In this document: positions 39,800 to 51,316 of the stretch, piece by piece
How the letters are laid out: each line of letters begins with the position of its first letter
How positions within the stretch are numbered: position 1 is the first letter of the stretch
From: Mobula hypostoma
Taxonomy: Eukaryota
DNA: 64,000 bases
Direction of reading: 5' to 3'
Assembly (NCBI RefSeq): GCF_963921235.1
Contig: NC_086097.1
Coordinates: 110,548,001 to 110,612,000, forward strand
The notes under the pieces: generated by a model
Databases searched by the model: none
The model's input: only the letters and a program-made list of their open reading frames with translations
What the model was told of the DNA's origin: nothing
Made by a program: the position numbers and the translations under genes

Positions 39800-41358
39800 A
39801 CCTTGACAGACAGTCAGCAATCACCTTTCCGTTCCTTTTATATGTGTTATTTTAACAATCCTCTAAGACCAGGTTCCAATTTAGCAAACTTCATAGTGGC
39901 CAAAAACACTAATGAGTTGTGATCAGTGTACTTCTCAGTGGTTTTCATCCCGGACAAAGATAACAAGGGTCATCCCACACCAACTTAGCATTCTTTGGCA
40001 TGAGCTTAGTAAGAGGGAGGGTAATATCCGCAAAGTTTTTGCAAAACTTCCGATAGTACCCCACCATCATCAAAAACCTTCTCAGGGCTCTCTTGTCTGT
40101 CGGGGTGGTGGGGACTTCAGAGATAGCCCGCACCTTAGCCTGCATCGGTGCCAGCTGCCCCTGTCTTACCACAAATCCCAGATAAGTGATCTTTCCGTGG
40201 CTGAATTCACTTTTTGTGAGGTTCACTGTCAGGCTGGCTTCAAACAGCTTTTTAAACAGCTCCTCCCACGTGTCACTCCAGACCACTACATCGCCAATAT
40301 ACGCTTCTGCGTTCTTTAGCCCTTTTGTCACTGAATTAATCATCCTATAGGGGTGTCGCTCACTAGGCTGACCTGATGTGACAACAACACCACGTCCCGG
40401 CTCTTTGCATCGCCTCGGGACATCCGGACATACGTGTGTGTGCCGGTTAATTAGCTTTATCAATGGCTCGCCCTGTTCGGGGATTAAGTGAGAGAACTCA
40501 TCAGCAAAGTTGGCCAAAACAATAGAGTTCTCCCATCTGGTCAGCACCATACTTATCTTTTCAAAATGGGTTTTCCTCTTATCAGGTGGCACCCTAGCCT
40601 CATTAATTTTCGTGATAACACCGACTAGGTTTGTTCGCCTATCGTGGCAAGCTGTTAGCATAACAAAAGCCTGTAACTGTGTTAGCTCACGTCTACAATG
40701 GTCAATAGCATCCTTCCTCCTGTGCAGCCAGTAAAACTCTTTCATGATCCTACCGACTGTTTTCCTCCCCTGCAAAATGTCCACCGAGAGGTATCTTGTG
40801 GGCCAGGTTAAGAATCTCATCCCCATAAATTTTCAGCACCACCCCCCATTCCTCATCTGCGGGCACGGTACTTGGCCTCCATTTCCTCCTTAGTACTCCC
40901 TCCTCCACACAATAGCCCAGTGGCTCCCTTTTTAATTCTGCTTCGGAGAGAGCTGTCTCCGTCAAAACCATCGGCTCCTCATCTCGCTCCTGTGCCTGTA
41001 TAAATTCCTTCCTTGCTAATGATAAGTCTACCTTAACTTCCGTTTCACTACGCTGCTTCTCACTTTCTAACCTCTTCTGATACAAGGCTGGTAAAAACAT
41101 CTCAGCCAAATCTATATTCACTTCGGCAGCCTTTCTGGACCAGCGCCGAGTCACTGCGCAAACGGGGTAAGCCTGTGAGTCCATGGGCGGGGCCTCAATG
41201 CTGGCAGGCTGGCCTGTCACTCTTACTGCTGGGTACACCTCTCCGCCAGCGAGGTCATTACTGAGGAAGACCTCCACATCTTCCATCGGTAGTTCGGGCC
41301 TCACCCCGATCGTGACCGGTCCGGAGACCAAGTCGCTTTTTAGGTGTATCTGGTGCAA
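39800..41358 (-). pseudogene. Deleted pol: protease C-terminus, integrase Zn-finger and C-terminal remnants, partial RT, RNase H remnant
   Basis: VFLSNDLAGG, LAHKIPLGGH..KTVGRIMKEFYW, HPYRM, AYIGDVVVWSDTWEE, YLGFVV, RRFLMMVGYYRKFCKNFA, YTDHNSL. Confidence 0.85.
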
Positions 41359-41368
41359 AGGTACTGCT

Positions 41369-42850
41369 TCAGTCCCTTTCCCAATGCCTTTTTATCACCC
41401 TGACCTCCCCAGTCTGGGTCTCTGAACTAAGGTCTAACACGCTCTTTAATATCAATGACTGACAAGCTCCAGTGTCTCTCCAGATCCGTACTGGAACCGG
41501 GTTTAACCCCTTTTTCACTGACAGCAATCCGGCCGAGATAAACCTCTCGCGCCCTTCCTGAACTTTATCAGACCTCATCTTCCCTAGCGGTTTGTTTACC
41601 AGCTCAATACAGCCAGTTGGAACCGTCGTTTTCCCTTTCCCCGTCTCCTTCTTTGGGGCAAAGCACCTGGACGCAAGGTGTCCGGCTTTCCCACAATTAT
41701 AGCATACGACCCCAGGAGACTTCCTACCAAACTGCTCCCTGTCTACCTTATCCTTCTCACTAGTCCCTGGCTTACTTTCTGGCTTTTCTGGCGGATTTTC
41801 CCCGCCCTCTTGACTATCCTTCTGGTAGCCTTTACTCGGGGTAAACTTCGCTTTGTGCATTAACGCGTATTCATCCGCTAACTTAGCAGTTGCGGCTAAA
41901 GTGGCTGCCTCTTTATCGACTAGGTAGGGTCTCATACCTTCAGGGACACAACCTTTAAACTGCTCAATCAGGATTAGCTGTAGCAGTCTGTCATAATCCC
42001 CATTGACCCCTTTTGAGGCGCACCAATGCTCACAATACATCTGCATCTCACGGGCAAACTCTAAATACGTGCGGCCCCACTGCTTCCTCGCATTCCGGAA
42101 CCTCTGCCAGTATGCCTCCGGGACCAACTCATAAATCCTGAGTATGGCCTCTTTCACCACATCATACCTCTGGGCATCTTCTGCGGACAAGGCCGAGTAA
42201 GCTTGTTGGGCTTTTCCTTTAAATACACTCTGAAGCAAAACAGCCCACTTATCCCTCGGCCAGTCCTGACTTGCAGCAACTTTTTCAAAATGGAGAAAGC
42301 ACCGATCAACATCGGCCTCCTCAAATGGGGGAACCAGCCTAACCTCCTGGGTCGCCCTGAACCCTCTACCTTGGTTCGGCATGGGCCCCTGCGCTAGCGT
42401 CATCCTTAACTTCTCCAGCTCAAATTCCCTTTCCCTCTGTTTCTCCCTCTCTTCTCGCTCTAACTGCCTGTCCCTCTCTTCTCGCTCCAATTGCCTGTCC
42501 CTCTCCTCTCACTCCAGCTGTTTTATTCTCTCTTCGCATTGTAACTGCCTGTCTCTCTCTTCTCGCTCCAGCTGTTTTACCTGGAACTCGTGCTCGAGTC
42601 TCAATTTTTCCATCTGCAGCTGTACTGCTTCTCCACCAGGTTTGCCCATAGATACCACCTCCAGCTCCCCTTGGGGAGACACACCTTTAGATACATAATG
42701 CTCAATGATAGCTCTGTGCATCTCTGCTCTCCTCACTGTCGACTTCCCCTTAAAAAGATTCAACCGTTTGGCCACAGTTGCCAATTCTGATTTCCTGGCA
42801 TCCTCTAATGCTTCCAAGGTTGGCGCCTTTAGAAATTCCTCAATCTCCAT
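41369..42850 (-). pseudogene. Gypsy gag-protease: coiled coil, SCAN-like capsid domain, CCHC knuckle, aspartic protease start
   Basis: ORFs 42509-42850 and 41369-42490 are in the same frame, separated by one TGA. Motifs: YWQRFRNARK..LILIEQFKGCVP (SCAN-like), CYNCGKAGHLASRC, RDTGACQSLIL. Confidence 0.88.
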
Positions 42851-42926
42851 TTCTGCTGTTTGCCCTTTCTTTCTTTCGGGAATTATAACCCAATCAATTT
42901 ACCCAGTCCCAAATTTGGCGTTCAAA

Positions 42927-42945
42927 ATCGCGGACGAGATCCCCA
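42927..42945 (-). promoter_or_regulatory. Primer binding site, tRNA-Pro-like
   Basis: TGGGGATCTCGTCCGCGAT versus the canonical tRNA-Pro PBS TGGGGGCTCGTCCGGGAT, 4 nt from the LTR end. Confidence 0.75.
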
Positions 42946-42949
42946 CTTA

Positions 42950-43775
42950 TGTTACGTACCCCGTACCTTGGTTGCCAAAGCAGCAGAAATGGACCACTTA
43001 GTTGGAGTCTGGATTACTGGAACTAAGGAAGTTTTATTAAAGAAATAAGTAACACAGTACTCTAATCGTAAGGATATAAATGCAACAGGTTAGCAATGAT
43101 AAAACCCACATGTACACAGAACTAGGATAAATGGGAATCAATCAAGCTCTATCGCAGTCTAGGGGTAAAATGATCAGTCTCAAGTGACGCAGAGTTCAGT
43201 TCAGCTGAGTACAGTTCGCAGCAATCGCTGTTGTGCCGTTGGAGAGAGAGAGAGAGCAAATATGCAAATTGGATTCAGACAGACCTCTGATGCTCCTCGC
43301 AGTTAGCTTTCGGGCGAGCCCTTTTAATGTCTTCTGAGGTCACCAATTGTGACCCCTCCGTTCCGGATACGATCGTTCTTCCGCGGTGAACCCGGCACCC
43401 AGGCAAGGGCGGACACACACACCAGGTTCCCGCCGATCGTACCTTTTCACCCTGTGCGTCTATGGTCGGTCCCGCGACCAGACCTCCAAACTTCCACCAA
43501 CTTGTGAGGACACACCGCACTTCCAGGGTCTCGTGATCTCGTGGTGTCTCTTGCCTTAGCGAACCTGTTCCTTTTATCCCCCTGTTGGGGTATCGCCTGT
43601 CCATCAAACTTCAAACAGTTCAGGGTCAAAGCAACCGGTCTGACAATACTCGGAACTGTGTCTCTTTTCGTTAATCTCTCTTCTCCTCTCTCATTAACAT
43701 TTGGAATGTTTCTCCATTGTCTCACTTATCTCCCTCATTTGCATCAATCTTCTGATAACTTGGTTTTTCGTCACA
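42950..43775 (-). repeat. 5' LTR (826 bp)
   Basis: Direct repeat of 37973-38806, immediately followed on the minus strand by the PBS. Confidence 0.93.
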
Positions 43776-43779
43776 GTAC

Positions 43780-45820
43780 ATAAAATAAATCAGAGAGGAA
43801 ATAATAAAGTAGTAATGGGTTGGGGGTATGGCAGGGTGGGTTAGTGAGCTGTGGTGTTGTGCAGTTTGGAGAAAGTAACTAATTTTGAATCTGGTGGTCT
43901 GGCATGGATGCTATGTAGCCTCCTCCCAGAAGGAGGTGAATCAAACACTCCATGAGCAGGGTGGGTGGGATCCTTCATGATGTTACTGGCCTTTTTACAA
44001 GCACCTTTCTGTGCATATGTCCTTGATGGTGGTTAGGCTGGTGCCGGTGGTGCACTGGCAGTTTTGACGTCCTGTAGAACCTTCCTATCTGCTGCAGTGT
44101 AGCTTCCATACCAAGGATGCTCTCTGCTGTTCATCTGTAGAATGACTTGAGTATAGATGTGCATAGTCCAGTTCTCCTCAGCCTCTTCAGAAAGTGGAGG
44201 GGTTGGTCAGCCATCCTGGTTGTCTAGGATGCGTTCTGGGAGCATGAGAAATTGTGTGAAATGTGTGCTCCCAGGAGTTTGAAACTGTTTGCAGTTTCCA
44301 CTGCTGTGCACTGATGTAACAAGGGTGTGAGTGGTGCGAGTTTTCCTGAAGTCAATAACCATCTCCTTTGTCTTGCTGACATTGAGGAAGAGGTTATTTG
44401 TCTGTCACCAGGCCTCGAGCTCTTCCATCTCCTCTCTGTACGTTATCTCATCATTGTTGGTGATGAGCCCCACCACTGTCGTGTTATCAGTGAACTTGTC
44501 AATGTGACTACTCGGGTGTTCAGTTGTGCAGTCATGTGTGAGCAGAGTGTACAGCAAAGGGCTCAGCACACAGCCCTGGGGGGGCACCCATGTTGAGGAT
44601 GATGGGGAGGGAGAAGCGGTTGTACATCCTGACTATCTGAGGTCTGCTCATTAGGAAGTCTGAGGAGGAGGTGCCATTGCCAGCCATTCAAAGTGCTTCC
44701 TGGTGACATCAGTGTCACCAGGAAGCAGTTGTTCAGTTCTAAAAGTCTAGAGTTCTTTGGTACAGGGATTAGAAACATGTGAACAGCAGCCTGGATGAGT
44801 GAAGATGGCCGTGAAGACATCAGTGAGCTGGTGTGCACACTCCTTGAGTACTTGGCTGAGGATGTTGTCTGGTCTGGTCGCCTTAAGAGAGTTGAGTCTC
44901 TGCAGAGTCCTTCTCACGTCAGCTGCTGTTACAGACAGTGACTGCTCACCTGGGAGAGGATAACTTTCATGACTGGCGTTGTGTTGCCTTGAAGTGTGCA
45001 TAACATTTTTGGAGTTTCCAGAGAGGGAAGCACCACTTGTACAGTTGACATTGTATTTCCTTGTATATGCCCTTGATGCCCTGCCACACGTCGGGGATCA
45101 CTATCTGACAGGAGATCCTGAAATTTTTGTGTGTAGGCAGTCTTTGCCCTCTTGATGCCTAAGATGAGCTTTCTTTCAGCTTATCTGAGAGCTGTCTGTC
45201 TCCAAACTTGAAGGGAGGTCCCAGGCTTTAGTAGGGAGTACACCTCTGTGTTCAGCCAGGGGCTTCTGGCTATGCCGTGAGATGGCTGTTCTTGAGGTAC
45301 CAACGTCGTCTACACACTCACAGATGTAGCCAATGACAAATAAGGCATATTCCTCGAGGTCTGTGGTGGCCTCCTTCAACATCTGTCAGATAGTGTGTTC
45401 AAAACAGTCCCAAAATATTGATGTTGCCTTATTAGGCCATACAGGGATGGTCCTCTTGACTGGTTTCTCCATTTTCAGCACTGGGATTAACATTAAGGAG
45501 ATGTGGTCACAGAGACCAAGATGAGGACGTGGGATGGCTTTATAAGTACCGCGTCTTGTTTGTTCCCCTAGTGGCCATGGTGACATGTTGGGTAAAACGT
45601 CCTGCAGGTTAACATGATTAAAATCTCCTGCAATTATGAAGAGGCCATTCAGATGCTTGTTTTGTAGAGAACAGATGATACTGTACAGCTCTCCCAGTGT
45701 GTCCTTCGTGGTCGCGCTTGGGAGGATGTAGACAGCAGTGGTGAACACAACAATAAATCCCCTGAGCAGTACTGTGGCCAGCACTTAACTGTAAGATGTT
45801 CAATTGCCCCAGAACAATTT
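43780..45820 (-). mobile_element. Degenerate Rex-Babar-type LINE (host of the Gypsy insertion)
   Basis: [50 protein letters not shown]; 3'UTR continues at 37945-37972. Confidence 0.85.
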
Positions 45821-45829
45821 AGCGGCAGC

Positions 45830-47310
45830 GGAAGGCAGGTGGAGCACCACCAAGTTCCTTCTCCTTGCGTGTGGGTTTTTCTTATTTTTTTAAACCATAA
45901 AAGATAGGTAGGGTCTAGCGGAGCAGCAATTATTGGAGCGGGGGCTAGAGTAAGAGTAGGAACTCAGAGGCTTTGACAAGAAGAGGCTGAGGCCAAAGAA
46001 GCGGGCAAGAAGGGTAGGTTTTTCCTTTTGTTATTGCTGGTTTGGCCTTGGTTGCCCATTGTACAGTGCAGTCAGGATGGCAGATATGGCAGTGGAATGT
46101 TCCCCCTGTACGATGTGGGAATTCATGCATCCTGATAGTCTCCCTGATGACTACATCTGTGGGAAGTGCAGTCAACTCCTTTTCCTGAAAGACCGCACGA
46201 AGGAGCTGGAGCTGGAGTTGGATAAACTTAGGATCATCTGGGATGCAGAGTAATTGATATTTGAGCAGGTGGTTACTCCCAGAGTGCAGAATTCAGGAAG
46301 TAGATGGGTGAACATCGAGAGAGGTAAAGAGAGAAAGAGGTCAGTGCAGCAACAGGTATACCCCTTTGGATACTGCTGAGTGGAATGACCTATCTGAGCA
46401 AGGCAATAGCAGCCTGACCAATAGCACTGTGGTTGGCTCTGAGCCTCAGAAGGGTAGGGTGAAGTCAGGTGGAGCAATAGTTATAGTGGTCTCAATAGTT
46501 AAGGGGACAGAGGAGATTCTGCGGCAGCAAAAGGAACGCCAGGGTAGTGTGTTGCCTCCGGGTAGTGTGTTGCCTCCTGGGTGTTAAGGTCTAAGATGTC
46601 TCTGAGTGGTTGCAGAATATTCTGGAAGGGGAGGGTGAGCAGCCAGAGGTTGTGGTACATGTTGGTACCAGTGACATGGCAGGAGAGGGGTGGAGGTCCT
46701 GCGCAGTAAGTTTAGGGAGTGAGGAAGGAGGCTGAAGACCTGGATCTCCAAGGTGATAATCTCCAGATTACTCCGGGTGCCACGAGCTAGGGAAGGTCAG
46801 AACAGGAAGATAGCTCAGACAAGTGAGTGGCTGAGGAGTTGGTGCAGGGGGCAGGGTTTCAAGTTCTTGGATCATTGGAACTTTTCCTGGGGAAGGGGTG
46901 ACCTGTACAAGTGGGACGGGTTGCACTGGAGCTGGTGGGGAACCAATATCCTGGGAGGGAGGTTTGCTAATGATGTTGGGGAGGGTTTAAACTAGATTTG
47001 CAAGGGGGTAGGAACCAAACTGAAGAGGCAGAGGATGGGATGGTTGGCGCACAAGTTGAGACATCTTGTAGGGAATTTATGAGGAAGGATAGGCAGATAG
47101 GTTTGTTAGGTGTGTTCGGGAAGATTTCCTGACATAATATGTAGATAAGCCAATTAGAGGAGAGGGTGTACTTGATCTGGTACTGGAAAATGAATCTGAT
47201 CAGGTGTCAGATCTCTCAGTGGGACAGCATTTTGGAGATGGTGATCACAACTCTATGTCCTTTACCATAGCGCTGGAGAGGGATAGGAGCAGACAATTTG
47301 GGAAAGCAAT
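45830..47310 (+). mobile_element. CR1 5' region: ORF1 (Zn finger + SGNH esterase) joined to an endonuclease remnant
   Basis: VECSPCTMWEF..DDYICGKCSQL, AIVIVVSIVKG, VVVHVGTSD, LYKWDGLHWS, then LDLVLENE..HFGDGDHNS. Confidence 0.82.
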
Positions 47311-47620
47311 CCAAGAGATTTGTCAGGCAAGATTTCCTCTCATGGAAGCTATGCTGACTTTGGCTTTTCTTTTGGGTGCCTCCAAGAATCCCAAATCCTC
47401 ATCCTAAATAATACACTCTAACATCTTGCCAACCTCTAAAGTCAGGATGATTAGCCCATAACTTCCTTTCTTTTGCCTCCCTCCCTTCTTGAAGTGTGGC
47501 CTAACAGTAGTGATTTTCCAGTTCTGTGGAACCATTCCAGTATCCAGTGATTCTTTATCGATCATTACTATTGCCTCCACAATCTCTTCATCTACCTCTT
47601 TCAGAACCTGCATAGCTACA
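47310..47620 (-). mobile_element. CR1 RT fragment
   Basis: VLKEVDEEIVEA..VPQNWKITTVRPHFKKG. Confidence 0.75.
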
Positions 47621-48060
47621 TTTGACACATTTATATCTGCTACTGAATGTTAACAATGCCATCAACAACAGTTTGGATCATTCAGTGTAAAACCAAATCC
47701 AATGGGATTTGATTTTCTTTTAAAATAAAAAAAACAGAATGATTTTAATAGAAGGCCATTTAACCAAAACTACAATTGCAGGAACTGCATACTCAGCTGA
47801 TTTACTGTGAAGCAAAGTTCGGAATTCAAAGCTGAGAAATTCAAAAGAAACATGAGAAACTTGGACACAGCTGCCCGACTGAACTGGAATTCAAGTCACT
47901 AAACCAAATACTAATTTCATTGAAATATTTTTCTTTATCAGTGCATTCCAATCAAAAATTCAGTCCTTATTAGATAAGGTTTAAAGTGCAAGCACAAACT
48001 TTGCTTTCCTGTAATCCGTACATTTTCCCTTAACTGGAGACAACTTGTGCTTTAGGCTAC

Positions 48061-50715
48061 TGTTATGTATTTAATATTACAGTAATATTTGAGCAAAATT
48101 GTAAATATATTGTTTGATTAAGCATCCTTTATTGGTTATATAATTCATTACGGGTTATATGTAAAAATATGTGAGTTGCATCTGTCATGACACTACCACG
48201 TGATATGCATGTTCTTTGCTTGAAGTAAAAACTAAGTCAAGTCCTCCTGGGCTCCCATACTTCTCCTTTGAATTAACTTTATGTTTTAGAGTTACAAAAC
48301 TTAACAGTGGCGACGAGGAAGTTTTAATCAAACCTGGGACGACTACCTACCCACTGAAGCACAGTGAGACATACAAGTTATAAAAAATGTAGCAAGAAAT
48401 GGTCAATTAAAAAAAAAGCACAGTTGCTATCTCTTCAGAAGAGAGAGAGAGAGAGAGAGAGAGAAACAGTCGAGTTTAAAAAAATAAAGTTTGTCGTGGC
48501 AACAGTGGCATTTGGCTTCATATGTGTTTCAGCAGTCTGTCAGTCAATCCATAAGAATTACGACCAAGAGAGCGAACGGCCAATTAATTAAAATGGAATA
48601 GGACACTGGTTTGGATGTTTCAGTCATTCCACAAAGTGAGTTTGAATGGCAATTCAAAGATATTGAATTGTAGCCTGCAGATCCTGTAGCCTGGAGGGAG
48701 GAGAAGATGGCAGCGCGATGCAGCGCGCGTAGCCTTTCCGGTGAAATGATATCGTATTTGTTAAATAGGGGCCGTGCACAATTTTGATTTGCTGGAGACA
48801 GCCATGAGAGCACGGAGGAACATCTGGAGTAACTTCTGAAATGCCCGGTTCACTGCCACTGCTACTGTGCGATCGAGAATCTCCGGAGGGAAAGCCCCAA
48901 AATCCTCGGCTTTTCCTGCTGCTGGTGACCGGGTCTGGGGTCGAAGCGGTCAGCAGAGATGGTACTCGGTGTCGGAGGGCTGGTCGGAGCTCGAAGTTTT
49001 CGGACGACTCAGAGTCAGACTGTGGCCGGGTATGACAGGGAGAGTTTTCTTCCTTCTCCCGTCTGCGTGAGATGTGGGACTTTCGAGAGACTTTGAACTT
49101 TTTTACCGTGCTCACGGCCTGTTCTTCATCAAGTTACGGTATTGCTTGCACTGTTGTAACTATATGTTATAATTATGTGGTTTTTGTCAGTTTTTCAGTC
49201 TTGGTCTGTCCTGTGTTTCTGTGATATCACACCGGAGGAATATTGTATCATTTCTTAATGCATACATTACTAAATGACAATAAAAGAGGACTGCGTGTCC
49301 TCATAATTTAATAATCTAATAATAATATCCAACTAAGAATTTATACTAACAAAAAGATAACTCCTGTGGGAATGACATTTGTAACAGTGAAATACAACAA
49401 ATAACAAGTCACATTGGGCTTGTATGTGGTAAAAACAGGAGGGCCAGAATTGTGGAGATGTGACTGGCTGAGACAACTACAACTTAATTGGAGATCCATC
49501 CACAACTTGCATATCATAGTTGCTGTAATAGAGTCAACTGAAAGTGAATTAAGAAAGGTACTGGATGATGCCACAACTGTCTCCATGCTGTACACCACGA
49601 ACCATTACCCCACAGAGGGGAAACAGGTGTTGATGCCAACTCTATGCCTCTGGTTCAAAAGCATATCGGAACAAGGAAGGACCATGCTGCTTAGAGGAAT
49701 CGTTAAAATGACAAAAGCAGTGGTCCGACTGCAACAGGTTTTGTCGGCAATCGATCTGAGAAAGCTTCTCAGGCAGTTACTTTTGAAACATGGCTTGGTT
49801 GTAAGTTGGAAGAGAGTTCAAGGAGCTTCAGGAAAGTTGCAAGCATTCAGCTTTTGTGAGTTAAAGAACCAGAATCTACTCTGCCTGCATTAAGGTTATT
49901 GCATGAAATTCAAGTGAGAGACAAAAAGCTGCTTGTAAAAGTAGATGCAAAGACCAAAGCCCAGCTGGATGAATGGAAGGCCAAAAAAAAGAGTCAATGG
50001 AGATACAGAAACAGTGGATTCGTCCAGATTATGTTGTGGATGAGGAAACCAAGAGGAGAGATCAGATCATAACGTGAGCAACAGAAGGATTAATACGAGA
50101 ATATTCCAATGAACTAAATGCATCTTCCCAAGATCAAGACGCACAAACTAGAAGAAAAAGGAAGGAGAGAAAGGTGTCCAGAGCTGTCAGAACCACTTCC
50201 TGCGGTCCCCGATTCAACTCCTACAACCACCATGGAGGAGGCCCCAGAACCCGAGATTGTTTCCACACCTACAAGTCTCACCTGCCAAGCAGAGTGTGAC
50301 CTCCTTGTCAGGAGAGATGTTATCCCAACAAGAGTAAGAAATCCTTCACAGAGGTTAAATTTTAAGCTTGAATCAGGCAATTTAAAATTTGCTATGCTGT
50401 GGATGTCTGTATGGCGGTATACTGTGTACATAGTTGAGACGCATTCTATATTGAGTTGAAGTTTATAGCTAAGCAGGGATGAGTATTGTTTATTTGATAT
50501 TACAGTAATATTCAAGTAATATTATAAGTATTTTTTGTTGTTTACATAATTAATTACGGGTAAAATCATGGGAATTGCATACAGGTATGTCATGATGCTA
50601 CCACATGATATGTGTGCAGCTCACTTAAAATAAAAATTAAACTGAGTCAAGTTCTCCTGGGTTCCCGTCTTTTTCCTTTCATTTAGCTTTATGTTTTGGA
50701 GTTACAAACGTAACA
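48061..50715 (+). mobile_element. Small internally deleted Gypsy element with short LTRs (TRIM-like)
   Basis: LTRs at 48061-48306 and 50484-50715 end in taaca. PBS TGGCGACGAGG at 48308, PPT aagcagggatgag, protease remnant DTGLDVSVIPQ; degenerate TSD gctac/gttat. Confidence 0.82.
48683..49326 (+). mobile_element. ~640-bp non-autonomous non-LTR element (copy 2), inserted in the Gypsy protease remnant
   Basis: Head ggagaagatggcagcgcg, tail aataaaagaggactgcgtgtcctcataat..; matches 21321-21945. Confidence 0.85.
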
Positions 50716-51204
50716 GTTATAACCAAAGAAATGGTTATAATCTCACAGCAACTTACTCTGCATGTAACAATGAACAATTCATCAGGACTTGATGAACAAT
50801 TCAGAAACATGGAAAAACACCCTTATTTTTAATCATTCTCAACTCAGGCACAGGCCTTTCAAAGTCCAACCCTACGTCCCCATCGTGAGAGGTGGAAACA
50901 GCCAACGGGGCTCTGGTGAAGCTGTATAAGCCAATCCCCCATACAGTAGATAACAGAAACATTGATGAACTCCAACCAGACCATCAACTTTGGACAATGG
51001 AGACGAGAGGTCATCACTGGCCTGTGCTCCACTGGGAGCTCAGAGTCCAAAATAAGAGAACTGAGGCACAGGCTCTGCATCAATTGCAAAAAGACCAAAA
51101 GTTTTAAACTTTGTGATCTCAAAATGCATCTATGGATTACTAACAACACACATCAAAGTTGCTGGTGAATGCAGCAGGCCAGGCAGCATCTCTAGGAAGA
51201 GGTA

Positions 51205-51242
51205 CAGTCGACGTTTCAGGCCGAGACCCTTCATCAGAACTA
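51205..51242 (-). ncRNA. Minimal type I hammerhead ribozyme motif (Penelope-type), copy A
   Basis: Minus strand tagtt-CTGATGA-agg gtctcgg cct-GAAA-cg-TC^gactg. Intact core, one G-U pair in stem I, 112 nt from copy B. Confidence 0.77.
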
Positions 51243-51316
51243 ACTGAAGGAAGAGTTAGTAGCATCAAAGTTGCTGGTGAACTCAGCAGGCCAGGCAGCA
51301 TCTCTAAGAAGAGGTA

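Larger units (their letters stand above)
37973..43775 (-). mobile_element. Gmr1-like Ty3/Gypsy LTR retrotransposon with both LTRs, internally deleted pol
   Basis: TG..CA LTRs at 37973-38806 (3') and 42950-43775 (5'), about 95-96% identical by eye. GTAC TSD (37969-72, 43776-79). tRNA-Pro-like PBS, PPT, SCAN + CCHC gag, domain order PR-IN-RT. Confidence 0.95.

Noticed and set aside
49414..50515. ORFs of 113-159 aa as host genes
   Set aside because: They lie between the LTRs of the miniature Gypsy and are decayed retroelement sequence.
50860..51060. Possible RTE-like fragment next to the ribozyme insertion
   Set aside because: Only vague resemblance (INFGQW); too short and degenerate to call.
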